DNA of 64,000 nt from an uncultured Actinomycetes bacterium. Its GTDB lineage: Bacteria; Actinomycetota; Thermoleophilia; UBA2241. This document shows positions 27,457-37,147 of the stretch, piece by piece. Position 1 is the stretch's first letter. Every line of letters begins with the position of its first letter. The position numbers were made by a program, and so were the translations under genes. The stretch is from contig CAVYCN010000010.1 of the NCBI GenBank assembly GCA_963767005.1, positions 1 to 64,000 on the forward strand, written 5' to 3'. Under the pieces are notes generated by a model. It had not been told where the DNA came from and did no database searches. It saw only the letters and a list, made by a program, of their open reading frames with translations.

Positions 27457-28515
27457 TCAGGCCGCGGGCGCCGGCGGGGCGCTCAGGCTGAACGCGCTGC
27501 CCCGTCCCTCCTCGCTCGCCGCCGCGAGCTCGAAGCCCTGCAGGTCGGCGATCTCGCGGGCGATGGCGAGGCCCAGACCGGCGCCGTCCGGATAGTGCTT
27601 GACGGCGGTGTCGGCGCGGTAGTCCTCGTCGAAGACGTGCGGCAGGCAACGCGCCGGGATGCCGATGCCGTGGTCGGTGATCGTGACGGCGAGGCGGTCG
27701 CCGGTCGCGGCGCCGACGGCGACCTCGACCGAGCCGCCGCGCTCCGAGTAGACGACCGCGTTCTCGAGGAGCTCGCGCAGCAGGGCGACCGTCTTGTCGG
27801 GATCGCAGCGCACGAGGTCGGGCCCGGGGCCGGGCGCGACCGCGATCGTGACCTCGCGCCCGGCGGTGAGGGCGGCGAGCTGGTCGACCGCACGGTCGAC
27901 CAGCTCGCCGAGACGCGCCGAGCCCGTCTCGAGGTCGCCCCGGTCGATGCAGCGCAGGTCGGCCAGCAGGCGGCGCTTGGCCAGGGCGGCGAGGGCGGCG
28001 TCGCAGCGGGCCCGGATCTTCTCCATGACCTCGCGGGTGCGCTGCGGGATCTCGCCGGTGTACCCGCCGAGGACGACGCCGACGTAGGTCTCGATCGACG
28101 AGAGCGGCGACTTGACCTGGTGCGACGCCTGGCGCAGGTAGCGGGCCTTGTCGGCGTTTGCCCGCTCGACGACGGCGGTGAGCTCGGACAGCAGGCGGAC
28201 GACGAGGTCGGACCCCGCGGCGCTCAGCAGGCGCTCGGCGGCGAGCCCGCTCGCCCGCAAGGCCGCGAGGGCGCCGGCGTCGTCGCCCGTGTCGACGATC
28301 AGGTCGAGATCGGCGTCGGTGGCAAGCTCGTCGAGGCGACCGTCGGCGACGCAGCGGATGCCGCGCTCCCGCGCCAGTGCCATGCCCGGGGCGTCGGGGT
28401 CGCCGTCGACCACGTAACGGACCTCGAGCCCCGGCACGCGCAGGAACGCCGCGAGGATCGCTCTGCCGCGCTCCCCCGCGCCGACGAGCGCGATGATGTC
28501 CGTGTCATGTCCCAC
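27457..28515 (-). CDS. Soluble sensor histidine kinase with N-terminal Rossmann-like domain
   Basis: N-terminal IIALVGAGERG; H-box SHQVKSPL, N-box LLENAVVYS, DHGIGI, GAGLGLAI; no TM segments. Confidence 0.88.
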   Translation of the reverse strand: MGHDTDIIALVGAGERGRAILAAFLRVPGLEVRYVVDGDPDAPGMALARERGIRCVADGRLDELATDADLDLIVDTGDDAGALAALRASGLAAERLLSAAGSDLVVRLLSELTAVVERANADKARYLRQASHQVKSPLSSIETYVGVVLGGYTGEIPQRTREVMEKIRARCDAALAALAKRRLLADLRCIDRGDLETGSARLGELVDRAVDQLAALTAGREVTIAVAPGPGPDLVRCDPDKTVALLRELLENAVVYSERGGSVEVAVGAATGDRLAVTITDHGIGIPARCLPHVFDEDYRADTAVKHYPDGAGLGLAIAREIADLQGFELAAASEEGRGSAFSLSAPPAPAA

Positions 28516-28591
28516 GTCGTCTCAGTTGCCGGGCGCCGCCCGGCTGTGGTAAGTGGTCCCGAGAGTCCGACACCTTAGACGGAGGTAGATC

Positions 28592-28987
28592 GTGAAGCGA
28601 GTCTACGTCATCGACGATGATCCGAGTATCGTGGAGTCGGTCACGATGGTCCTCGAGAGCAAGGGCTACGAGGTCGGCGCGCAAAACGACGCCGACCACG
28701 TCGTCGACCACGTCGTCGCCTTCGGCGCCGACCTCGTCATCGTCGACGTGATGCTGCCCGAGGACACCGGCGCCGGCTTCAAGATGGCCCGTGCCCTCAA
28801 GGCCGATCAGCGCACCGCCGCTCTGCCACTGCTCATGCTCACCGCCGTCAACGAGGCGGGGATCTACGTGGGCAAGTTCTCCAACAAGGACAGGGACGAC
28901 TCGTGGCTGCCGGTCCAGGAGTTCGTCGAGAAGCCGGTCGACCCCGACATCCTGCTGGCCAAGGTCGCGGGACTCTGCCCCGACTGA
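28592..28987 (+). CDS. Single-domain response regulator receiver
   Basis: VIDDD, VDVMLP (phospho-Asp), LTAV, VEKP. Confidence 0.92.
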   Translation: MKRVYVIDDDPSIVESVTMVLESKGYEVGAQNDADHVVDHVVAFGADLVIVDVMLPEDTGAGFKMARALKADQRTAALPLLMLTAVNEAGIYVGKFSNKDRDDSWLPVQEFVEKPVDPDILLAKVAGLCPD

Positions 28988-29006
28988 GGGCGCACACGGG
29001 CGGCGC

Positions 29007-29045
29007 GGCGTCCGGCCGGGGGCCGTCGGCCCCCGGCCGGACGCC
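29007..29045. terminator. 19-bp perfect inverted repeat between convergent genes
   Basis: ggcgtccggccgggggccg-t-cggcccccggccggacgcc. Confidence 0.65.
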
Positions 29046-29091
29046 TGCGCGTCGCGCCTTCAGCCGGCGCGCGCGAGCTCGGCGACGATCC

Positions 29092-29835
29092 TCACGGCGC
29101 CTGGCCGTAGACGCCGACCGCGACGGTGTGCCCCGCCGCGACGCTCACCGTGGTCGCCGTGGGAAAGCCGTGATCCGTGGCCAGCAGCTTGAACGTGTAG
29201 GCGCCGGGTGCGAGCGGCAGCTCGAAGAAGCCGTCGCGGTCTGACCGGACCGTCCGCCACGGTCGTCCCGACGGCGGGCCCCCGCCGCGCCAGATCCCGA
29301 CCGCGACGTCGGCGATGGGCAGCGGCCCTCCCGGGGCGGGCCCGCCCTCGAACATGGTGTGGCCCCAGACGCCGGTCGCCGGCGACGAGGTCGTGAAGGT
29401 GTGCACGTTGCCGAGGCGCTGCAGGCCGACGTGACCGGCGACGAGCCGGAGGGCGAGCGTGTAGCGGTCGCGGCGCAGGATGAGGCAGAGGGTGCTCGCC
29501 TTGCCGGTCGAGCCCCCGCCCGTCGCGAAGCTGCCCGTGACGACGTAGACGCGCACAGGGGAGTGGGCACCCATGACGCGCAGGAACGACCCCGAGGCGC
29601 CGGCGACCGATGCCGCGCGGGCAAGAGTGGTCGACGTCCAGTGACAGAGGTCGGGGCCGTCGGCGCCGGCCGCCAGCGCCTGCCAGGCGGCCTCCTGCCG
29701 GACCCAGGCGGGCGGACTCGCCGGCGATGAGACGGCCGTACCCGACCCGTTCGTAGACCTTGTGGCAGCGGCGCTGCCACAGCCGGCGAGGACCGCGACG
29801 GCGGCGAGCGTGCAGACAGCGTGGGGGAGCTTCAC
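29092..29835 (-). CDS. Lipoprotein with C-terminal carboxypeptidase-regulatory-like (prealbumin-type) domain
   Basis: GGAGG SD, LAGC lipobox, TVRSDRDGFFELPLAPGAYT. Confidence 0.75.
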   Translation of the reverse strand: MKLPHAVCTLAAVAVLAGCGSAAATRSTNGSGTAVSSPASPPAWVRQEAAWQALAAGADGPDLCHWTSTTLARAASVAGASGSFLRVMGAHSPVRVYVVTGSFATGGGSTGKASTLCLILRRDRYTLALRLVAGHVGLQRLGNVHTFTTSSPATGVWGHTMFEGGPAPGGPLPIADVAVGIWRGGGPPSGRPWRTVRSDRDGFFELPLAPGAYTFKLLATDHGFPTATTVSVAAGHTVAVGVYGQAP

Positions 29836-30049
29836 CGTGACCTCCGGTCCGTGGACGGGCTCGCCGGAGAGACGGCTCGCGGGCGGGAAAGGTTCGTCGC
29901 CGGGCGGCGGCCGCGTCCTTGAGGCGGGTGCGTCTTGGCCCGGTCTGCCGTCGTCGTTCCTGCACGAAGCCCACACCCGTGCTACGATTGCCACCGCGAC
30001 GGTACCGCTTCCCCCCAAGCGGGCCGACCGCCCCGGAGGTGAGGCGCGC

Positions 30050-30406
30050 ATGGACGACCGGCCGCAGTTCCGCGTCGAGACCGAGCACCCCGGCCATGGG
30101 CAGGTCGTCGTGGCCGTGTCGGGCGAGATCGACCTCTACACCGCCGGCTACCTCCGAGAAGCCATCGACGATCTCGACGTCGGCTCGATCCGGCGACTCG
30201 TCATCGACCTGAGCGAGGTCGGCTTCATCGACTCGACCGGCCTCGGCGTGCTGGTGGCGGCGGCCCGACGGCTCCCGATCGGCTCCCCGTTCGTGGTCGT
30301 CTGCCGCACCGAGAAGGTGCGCGAGGTCCTGCTCATGACCGGTCTCGACCGCATCTTCCGCATCTACGACACGCGCGACGAGGCGGTCGAAGCTCGGCCG
30401 AGCTAG
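30050..30406 (+). CDS. STAS-domain anti-sigma factor antagonist (RsbV/SpoIIAA-like)
   Basis: GEIDLYTA, IDLSEVGFIDSTGLGVL (phospho-Ser), TGLDRIF. Confidence 0.93.
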   Translation: MDDRPQFRVETEHPGHGQVVVAVSGEIDLYTAGYLREAIDDLDVGSIRRLVIDLSEVGFIDSTGLGVLVAAARRLPIGSPFVVVCRTEKVREVLLMTGLDRIFRIYDTRDEAVEARPS

Positions 30407-30488
30407 AGGACCTCGGGGGCAAGGTGACCGGCGCCGCGATGGCGAATGGTCCCCGAGACGAAGAGCGAGTCGCCGAAGGGAGCCGGTC

Positions 30489-30710
30489 GTGAGCAAGTGG
30501 AAGATCCTGATGGTCCTGCTGATCGTCGTCGGCGTCGCGCTGGTGGCGGTCGCCGTGTACTACTGGGTGACGCCCGCCGGGTCGCTGCCCAGCTTCTTTC
30601 CCGGACACCTCGCCGGGTCGGCGCACAAGCATCTGAAGCACGGCCTGGCGGCGCTCATCGTCGGCATCCTGTGCTTCATCGGGGCCTGGATGCTGTCGGC
30701 CAAGGAGTAG
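30489..30710 (+). CDS. Small two-TM membrane protein
   Basis: GGGAG SD; TM-PAGSLPSFFPG...HKHLKHG-TM. Confidence 0.75.
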   Translation: MSKWKILMVLLIVVGVALVAVAVYYWVTPAGSLPSFFPGHLAGSAHKHLKHGLAALIVGILCFIGAWMLSAKE

Positions 30711-30935
30711 CGGCCTCTCGGAGCCGCGCCCGTCGCGTATGCCGCGCCGCTCGCGGTCACCCCCTGGGTGGCTCGAGCCCACCGGCCGTCCGGCGGCCCG
30801 GCAGCCACGTTGCCAGGCTCGGTGATGCTTTCTCGCGGCCGCGTCTTGTCGACGCTCGTGGCGCTGCCGAAAGCAGAGCGAGGCGGCGCGGCCGCCCGGC
30901 GATCCCCCCGGCGCAGGGCGGCTCGCGCCGCCGAG

Positions 30936-31334
30936 CTACACCGCCTCGACGCTCTTGGCGGCGGCCGTCACCACGTAGCAGCGCTCGATGTTCGACCCGT
31001 CGTCGGCGGGCTCCACGAAGAAGCCCAGGCGGTTCGGCTGGTACCCCATGGTCGTGCCGACCAGGACCTCGCCGTCGGCGAACTCGACGCGGACGTGGCG
31101 CCCCACCGCCGGGTGGGCGGGATCGAACGCGTTGCGCTCCTGGTGCTGCGGGTCTCCGCCCAGGTCCTTGACGAAGAAGACGGCCTTGAGCTCGGCCGTG
31201 CGGACCTCGAGGGGTCGCGTGCCCGGCGCCGCCCCCGCCTCGGTCACGTGGAAAAGGTCCTTGGCCGGGACGAAGTCCGAGGTCGTGCCCTTCACCGTCC
31301 TGCCGTCCGCGTACCGCACGACGACCCTGTTCAC
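30936..31334 (-). CDS. Hypothetical protein with two Sm/SH3-like repeats
   Basis: AGGAGG SD; VVVRYADGRTVKG and VRVEFADGEVLVG repeats; LKAVFFVK. Confidence 0.78.
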   Translation of the reverse strand: MNRVVVRYADGRTVKGTTSDFVPAKDLFHVTEAGAAPGTRPLEVRTAELKAVFFVKDLGGDPQHQERNAFDPAHPAVGRHVRVEFADGEVLVGTTMGYQPNRLGFFVEPADDGSNIERCYVVTAAAKSVEAV

Positions 31335-31568
31335 GCGACGCCTCCTCTTGGCTCTGGTTCGTACGAACGTGCACCTGCACGCGGCCGCAACCTACCGGGG
31401 GCGGCGCTCTCCTGTCCAGCGCAACGACGCTCGCGGCGTCGGCGGGCGTGCTCCCGTAACGCTCGCCCGCCGTGTCTCGCCACGTACAGCGGTGATAGCC
31501 TGTGCCTCGTGAACGGCCACCGGTCGCGCGACCAGAGCCGGGGCCGCGTTCGCCTGGAAGGGGGCTCC

Positions 31569-33107
31569 ATGAGGATCAGACTCGCGCTCGGATCGTTGTG
31601 CGTCGTCGCTTTCGCCGGGCTGGCGCTGGCGTCGGCCGGAGGCGCCTGGGCCGGCACGCCGCCGTCCCGAGTCTTCGCGCCCTACCAGGTGCCGCCGCAC
31701 GTGCCGCCGCCGAGCACGGCTAGAGCGCGCTGGCTGCTCAAGCCGGCGAGTGTGAGCGCGACCGACGGCTGGATCGTCGTGCACCTCGCGGGCGGGCCCT
31801 ACCGCATGGGCTTCCAGAACGGCTACCTCACGGCGCAGTCGTCGCACTACTCGATCCTGACCGACTTCGGTGCGCCCGGCAGCAGGGCGCGGGTGCAGGC
31901 CGACAGGGTGGCGCGCCGCTTCGTGTGGGCGCGGGTGCCGCAGCAGTACCGCCAGGAGCTGATCGGCATCGCCGACGGCATGCACGCCGCCGGCTACCGC
32001 AAGGACACATTGTGGGACGTGGTGGCGGCCAACGCCTGGGCCGACCTCGACTGCTACAGCGAGCTGCTGCCCGCCGGCGAGACGCCGGCCAGGGCCGCGG
32101 TCCGCGAGGCGGCGCGCCAGGCTCACCTCGGCGGCTGCAGCGCGTTCATCGCAAGCGGCGACGCGACGGTCGACGGTCAGCCGGTGATGGGTCACGACAC
32201 CTGGACCCCCTACGCGTCCGCCTTCACCAACGACATCATGTACTACGTGCACCCCTCGCGCGGCTACGACTTCATGTTCCAGTCGACCGGCGGCCAGATC
32301 TGGAGCGGCGAGGACTGGTATGAGAACAGCGCCGGCCTGCTGCTCACCGAGACCACCCTGGCCGACTCCACCTACACCCCGAAGGGATTGCCCGTGTTCG
32401 TGCGCGCCCGCGAGGCGGCGCAGTACGACAGCACGGTGCACGCGGCCATCCACACCCTGGTCCACCTCAACAACGGCGCCTACTCCAACGAGTGGCTCAT
32501 CGGCGACCGCGCCGGCACGATCGCGTCGCTGCAGCTCGGCGACAAGGTCTACGACCTGAACGTCACGCGCAACGGCTTCTTCGGCTCCTCGAACTTCGAT
32601 TGGGGCGCCAGGACGCGCAAGGAAGAGGCCGCCGCCGACGCCGGCTGGGCGCCCGACCCCTACAGGAAGGTCTACGTGGACTACGCACGCTACGTGCGCT
32701 GGGGCCAGCTTCGCGATCAGTACTACGGGCAGGTCGACGCCCAGGTCGGCATGACCATGGAGTCGGACACCTACGACACCTACCTCGGCAGGCAGCTCGC
32801 CGACGCTCGCGACCTGTGCGGCGAGCCGGAGCACGCCACGCCGGGCCTGCTCGACTGGGACAGCTGGGTGCTCGAGCCCGAGGGCGCGATCGACGGCAAG
32901 GTCTGCACCGAGGCGATGGCGCTCGGCGGCCTGTCGACCTGGGCCTGCTGGGGCCACGGCAGTGGCGATCACTTCGACGCCAGCGCCTACCTCGCCGCTC
33001 ATCCCGGCTGGGCGGCCGCGAACGGACCGCTCGCCGTGTTCGGCCTGGCGACCTTCTCGGCGCAGACGGTCGACCGCTGGACGACGCTGGGCGCCTCGGC
33101 CACCTGA
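31569..33107 (+). CDS. Secreted Ntn-hydrolase (peptidase C45 / phospholipase B-like)
   Basis: Signal peptide; GGPYRMGFQNG, ELIGIADG, GGCSAF (N-terminal nucleophile Cys after processing), NNGAYSNEWLIGD. Confidence 0.8.
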   Translation: MRIRLALGSLCVVAFAGLALASAGGAWAGTPPSRVFAPYQVPPHVPPPSTARARWLLKPASVSATDGWIVVHLAGGPYRMGFQNGYLTAQSSHYSILTDFGAPGSRARVQADRVARRFVWARVPQQYRQELIGIADGMHAAGYRKDTLWDVVAANAWADLDCYSELLPAGETPARAAVREAARQAHLGGCSAFIASGDATVDGQPVMGHDTWTPYASAFTNDIMYYVHPSRGYDFMFQSTGGQIWSGEDWYENSAGLLLTETTLADSTYTPKGLPVFVRAREAAQYDSTVHAAIHTLVHLNNGAYSNEWLIGDRAGTIASLQLGDKVYDLNVTRNGFFGSSNFDWGARTRKEEAAADAGWAPDPYRKVYVDYARYVRWGQLRDQYYGQVDAQVGMTMESDTYDTYLGRQLADARDLCGEPEHATPGLLDWDSWVLEPEGAIDGKVCTEAMALGGLSTWACWGHGSGDHFDASAYLAAHPGWAAANGPLAVFGLATFSAQTVDRWTTLGASAT

Positions 33108-33315
33108 CGCCGACCGCCGGTCCGCCTGCCGATGACCCGGCCGGCGCGTCGGCCCTGCGTCGCGGGCTCGACCCGCCGGACCACCGGCGATTGACCGCGG
33201 CCCGCCCACGGGTGTACATCGGCGACGAGGGGTCGGACGCGGCGACGGGCCGGAGAGGGTCGCCGCGCGCGGCGCAAAGACCGGCCGGACACGGCCGGTG
33301 TCGAGGGGGGACGTC

Positions 33316-35475
33316 ATGCGAGGTCGATCCGTCGTCGTGTGTCTCGTGGCCGCGGTCTGCGCCGCGGCGTTGCTGGGTGCCGCCCGTCCCGCCGCCGCGC
33401 GGGCGGCGGCGCCACGGGCGGCATGGACCATCGCGATCTACGCCAACGGCGACAACGACCTCATGTACACGTGGCCCCTGTTCACCCGCCCGGCGCTCCG
33501 CGGGATCCCGGCCAGCGCGCAGGTGAACGTGGTCGTGATGCTCGACAAGCCGCAGCGCGACGGCGCCTGGCTGTATCAGATGAGTGGAGCGCATGTAGGG
33601 CTCGTCAAGCATTTCCGCGGCGAGCGCGACTTCGGCTCCGGCGCCACCTTCGCCTGGTTCCTGCGGCAGGTGCACGAGCGCTTTCCCAGCGACCACCTGC
33701 TGGTCGACGGCTGGGATCATGGCTACGGCTGGCACTACTTCAGCTGGGACGCGACCTCGGGCCACGACATGACCGTGCCCCAGCTCAGCGGCGCCATCGT
33801 GCGTTCGGGGGTGCACATCGACATCCTCGCCTTCGATGCCTGCGACATGGCCGACGAGGACGTCGCCGACGCCCTCGCCACGACGCGAAGGGTCGACTAC
33901 CTCGTCGGCTCCGAGGACGAGATCGACCAGGACGGCTACCCCTACGCGAACATGTTCACGCCGCTCACCGCCGATCCCTCGCAGTCGCCCGCGACGGTCG
34001 TCGCTGACATGCTGACCGGCTGGCAGCGCTACTACGGCTCCCGGCGCAACTTCAACTGGGTCACGCTCTCCGGCATCGACCTCGCCCGGGTGCGGGCCAT
34101 GAAACGGGACCTCCGCATCTGGACGAGCAGGCTGCATGCCGGCATGGCCCGCTTTGCTGCCCGCTACGGCAGCGCGATGCACCACAGCCTCTTCGCCTGG
34201 GAGTCCTGGCAGCTCGACCTGGGCGAGTTCAGCGCCGTGCTGGCCGGCGACCGGCTGATCACCGACGCAGCGCTGCGGGCGGCCTCGGCGAAGGTCCACG
34301 ACGACGTCGTGGGCGCCGTGATCGGGCTCGACAAGGGCTCCTACGTGAAGCGCTACACCGGTCTGACCGTGTGGGCCGGCACGGGTCAGGAGTGGACGGC
34401 CTGGCGTGCCGCCTATCGCTCCCAGGTCGCCTTCGGCGGTGCGGCTCATCTCGGCGGCACCGGCTGGTACGGCTTTCTGCGCGCCTTCAACGCGAGCGGC
34501 AAGGCCGACCCACGCCAGCCCGTGCCCCCGCGGTGGATGAAGCGGGCCGACTACTGCCTCACCGACGTGGTGTTCCGCGACGGCCACTACGGGTGGGCGA
34601 CCGGGACGGACAACACCACCAACACCTCGTTCATCATGCGCTCGGCCGGCAGCGGCGGCAGCGCCTGGCAGACGAGCGACCTGTCGGCTATCGACAACTA
34701 CCTGTTCACGTCGATCGCGCGGGCGCCCGGCGGTGTGCTCTGGGCCGTCGGCGACTTCGGCTGGAACGACAGCGTGATCGTGCGCAGCGCCGACGGCGGT
34801 CGCACGTGGCGGCAGCGCGTGTCGGGGACGAAGCAGTACCTCTGGGGTGTCGACTTCAGCGACGCGCACGACGGCTGGACGTGTGGGGCCGCCGGCACGC
34901 TCGTGCGCACGACCGACGGCGGCCGGACGTGGGCGAAGGTCACGACCGCCCCGGCCGGCGACCTGCAGCAGGTGGCGTTCCTCGACGCGACACACGGCTG
35001 GGTGGTGGCCAACGACCAGCGCTATCCCGACTCCCGTCTCGAGTACACGACCGACGCGGGCGCGACCTGGACGACCGAGGACGAGGTGTCAGGCAGCCTG
35101 CTCTACGGGCTCGAGGTGCTCGGCGACGGCCAGGTGTGGGCCGCGGGCGGCGACCCGGCGAGCGGCGCCGGCGTGCTGTTGCACGGCAGCGCCGGCGGCG
35201 CCTGGACGGCGCAATGGGGCGCGACCGACGCGCCGCGCCTCGCCGCGGTGACCATGGTCGACGACAGCCACGGCTGGGCCGTGGGCGACGGCGGCGCCAT
35301 CCTCCACACCACCGACGGCGCGACCTGGACGCCGCAGACGGGCGGGGTAACCTTCGACCTGACCGGCGTCTGCGCGGTCGACGACGACACCGCCTGGGCC
35401 GTGGGCGACGGCGACGCCATCCTGCGCACCACCGACGGCGGGCTCACCTGGCAGCAGGCCCGCGGCAAGGTCTGA
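33316..35475 (+). CDS. Secreted clostripain-family (C11) cysteine peptidase fused to a YCF48/BNR-repeat beta-propeller
   Basis: WTIAIYANGDNDL, WDHGYGW (His), FDACDM (Cys), GSE, GYPY; repeated (S/T)xDGGxTW and GWAVGDGG. Confidence 0.85.
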   Translation: MRGRSVVVCLVAAVCAAALLGAARPAAARAAAPRAAWTIAIYANGDNDLMYTWPLFTRPALRGIPASAQVNVVVMLDKPQRDGAWLYQMSGAHVGLVKHFRGERDFGSGATFAWFLRQVHERFPSDHLLVDGWDHGYGWHYFSWDATSGHDMTVPQLSGAIVRSGVHIDILAFDACDMADEDVADALATTRRVDYLVGSEDEIDQDGYPYANMFTPLTADPSQSPATVVADMLTGWQRYYGSRRNFNWVTLSGIDLARVRAMKRDLRIWTSRLHAGMARFAARYGSAMHHSLFAWESWQLDLGEFSAVLAGDRLITDAALRAASAKVHDDVVGAVIGLDKGSYVKRYTGLTVWAGTGQEWTAWRAAYRSQVAFGGAAHLGGTGWYGFLRAFNASGKADPRQPVPPRWMKRADYCLTDVVFRDGHYGWATGTDNTTNTSFIMRSAGSGGSAWQTSDLSAIDNYLFTSIARAPGGVLWAVGDFGWNDSVIVRSADGGRTWRQRVSGTKQYLWGVDFSDAHDGWTCGAAGTLVRTTDGGRTWAKVTTAPAGDLQQVAFLDATHGWVVANDQRYPDSRLEYTTDAGATWTTEDEVSGSLLYGLEVLGDGQVWAAGGDPASGAGVLLHGSAGGAWTAQWGATDAPRLAAVTMVDDSHGWAVGDGGAILHTTDGATWTPQTGGVTFDLTGVCAVDDDTAWAVGDGDAILRTTDGGLTWQQARGKV

Positions 35476-35585
35476 CCGGGCGCCGCGCGCGAAGTTTGCT
35501 CAAGGATCGGGACTGACAGCGCGGACCGTCCCCCCGTACGCTTTCGAGAGGCCGAGATACGGCCGGCGACACGAGGGGGGTACAG

Positions 35586-37097
35586 ATGGATGTTCTGCCC
35601 GTGAACGGCGTGCAGGGCGAAGGCGCCAATCTCAGGCGAACCAGCGTCCGTCTCATCACGGTCTTCTTCATGATCTACATCCTCGTGTCGGGCGGCTCGT
35701 TCGGCATCGAGGACATGGTCTCGTCGTCGGGCCCCGGCCTCACCATCCTGCTGCTCTGCCTGCTGCCCGTGTTCTGGAGCACGCCCATGGCGCTCGTCGC
35801 GAGCGAGCTCGGCTCGGCGCTGCCGGGTGAGGGCGGCTTCTACGTCTGGGCGCGCCGCGGCCTGGGCGACTTCTGGGGCTTTCAGACCGCCTGGTGGTGG
35901 TCGCTGTCGATCTTCGTCGACTCGTCGGTCTACATCGTGCTCGCCGTCGGCTACCTGCAGAACTGGCTGCACTTCAATCAGTGGTGGTTCTATGCGATCT
36001 GCTGGGTGATCATCGTCGTCTTCACGGTCATGAACATCCTCGGCGTGAAGCTCATCGCCCTGTCATCGACGCTCTTCTCGGTGCTCATCATCGCGCCGTT
36101 CATCGCGCTCATCGTCGTCGGTCTGGCCAAGTGGCAGTTCAACCCCCTGACGCCGGTGACCGCCTCCGGCGTACCGTTCTTCGGCACCAACGGCACCCTC
36201 GGCCTGGGCCTCGCGATCGGCGTCTGGATGTACTCGGGCTACGAGTCGATGTCGACCCTGTCGGGCGAGATCCGCAACCCGCAGCGCGTCATCCCGCGCG
36301 CCCTCATGCTGGCCGTACCCTTCATCATCGCCCTGTACGTGCTGCCGACAGTCGCCGGCCTCGCCGCCTACGGCCATTGGGCCAACTGGGCGACGCAGGC
36401 CGGCGGCGGTTACGTGTCGTTCGTCGAGATCGGCCGCAAGCTCGGTGGCTCGGCCCTCGGGGTCGCCCTGCTGGCCTCGGCGCTGCTCGGCAACCTCGCG
36501 CTCTACCTCGACTACCTCGCCTCGGGGGCGCGGCCGCTGTTCGCCCTCGCGTCCGACGGGCTGTTCCCCAAGACCGTCTCGGGCGTGAGCAAGCGCTGGG
36601 GCACGCCGATCGCCGCGATCGTGCTCATGGCGGCGCTGAACGCCGTCCTCATCATCGGGCCGTTCCGCAACCTCGTCGTGATCGACGTCATCCTGTTCAT
36701 CTCGTCGTACGCGGTGATCTTCGTGGCCGCGGTGCGTCTGAGGACGAAGGAGCCGGGGCTCAAGCGCCCGTTCCGCGTGCCGTTCGGCACGAAGGGCCTG
36801 GTCGCCATGGTCGTACCGCCGATCCTCATCGTGTTCTTCACGATCTACGTCAACGCGATCGACCACAGCACCAGCATCTTCGGCTTCACGAGCTTCAACG
36901 TGCTCGGCCTGCACCTCGGCTGGTACGGCGTCGGCGGCCTCATTGCCCTGGCGTCGGGACCGGTCTGCTATGTAGTCTTCCGTCAGGTCTTCGGCGGGCC
37001 GTCGACGCCGTCGCACGAGGCCGGCGACGAGGAGCTGCGGCTGGCCGAGGCCGAGGCCGCGGCGGCCGAGGGCAGCGAGCTCCAGGTCAAGGCCTGA
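35586..37097 (+). CDS. APC family amino acid/polyamine permease
   Basis: SGGSFGIED, ELGSALPGEGGFYVW, YSGYE, GEIRNPQR, LKRPFRVP. Confidence 0.92.
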   Translation: MDVLPVNGVQGEGANLRRTSVRLITVFFMIYILVSGGSFGIEDMVSSSGPGLTILLLCLLPVFWSTPMALVASELGSALPGEGGFYVWARRGLGDFWGFQTAWWWSLSIFVDSSVYIVLAVGYLQNWLHFNQWWFYAICWVIIVVFTVMNILGVKLIALSSTLFSVLIIAPFIALIVVGLAKWQFNPLTPVTASGVPFFGTNGTLGLGLAIGVWMYSGYESMSTLSGEIRNPQRVIPRALMLAVPFIIALYVLPTVAGLAAYGHWANWATQAGGGYVSFVEIGRKLGGSALGVALLASALLGNLALYLDYLASGARPLFALASDGLFPKTVSGVSKRWGTPIAAIVLMAALNAVLIIGPFRNLVVIDVILFISSYAVIFVAAVRLRTKEPGLKRPFRVPFGTKGLVAMVVPPILIVFFTIYVNAIDHSTSIFGFTSFNVLGLHLGWYGVGGLIALASGPVCYVVFRQVFGGPSTPSHEAGDEELRLAEAEAAAAEGSELQVKA

Positions 37098-37147
37098 GCG
37101 GCTTCGACGCGGCTGGCAAGCTCGTGATCACGGAGGTCTGAGCCCAG

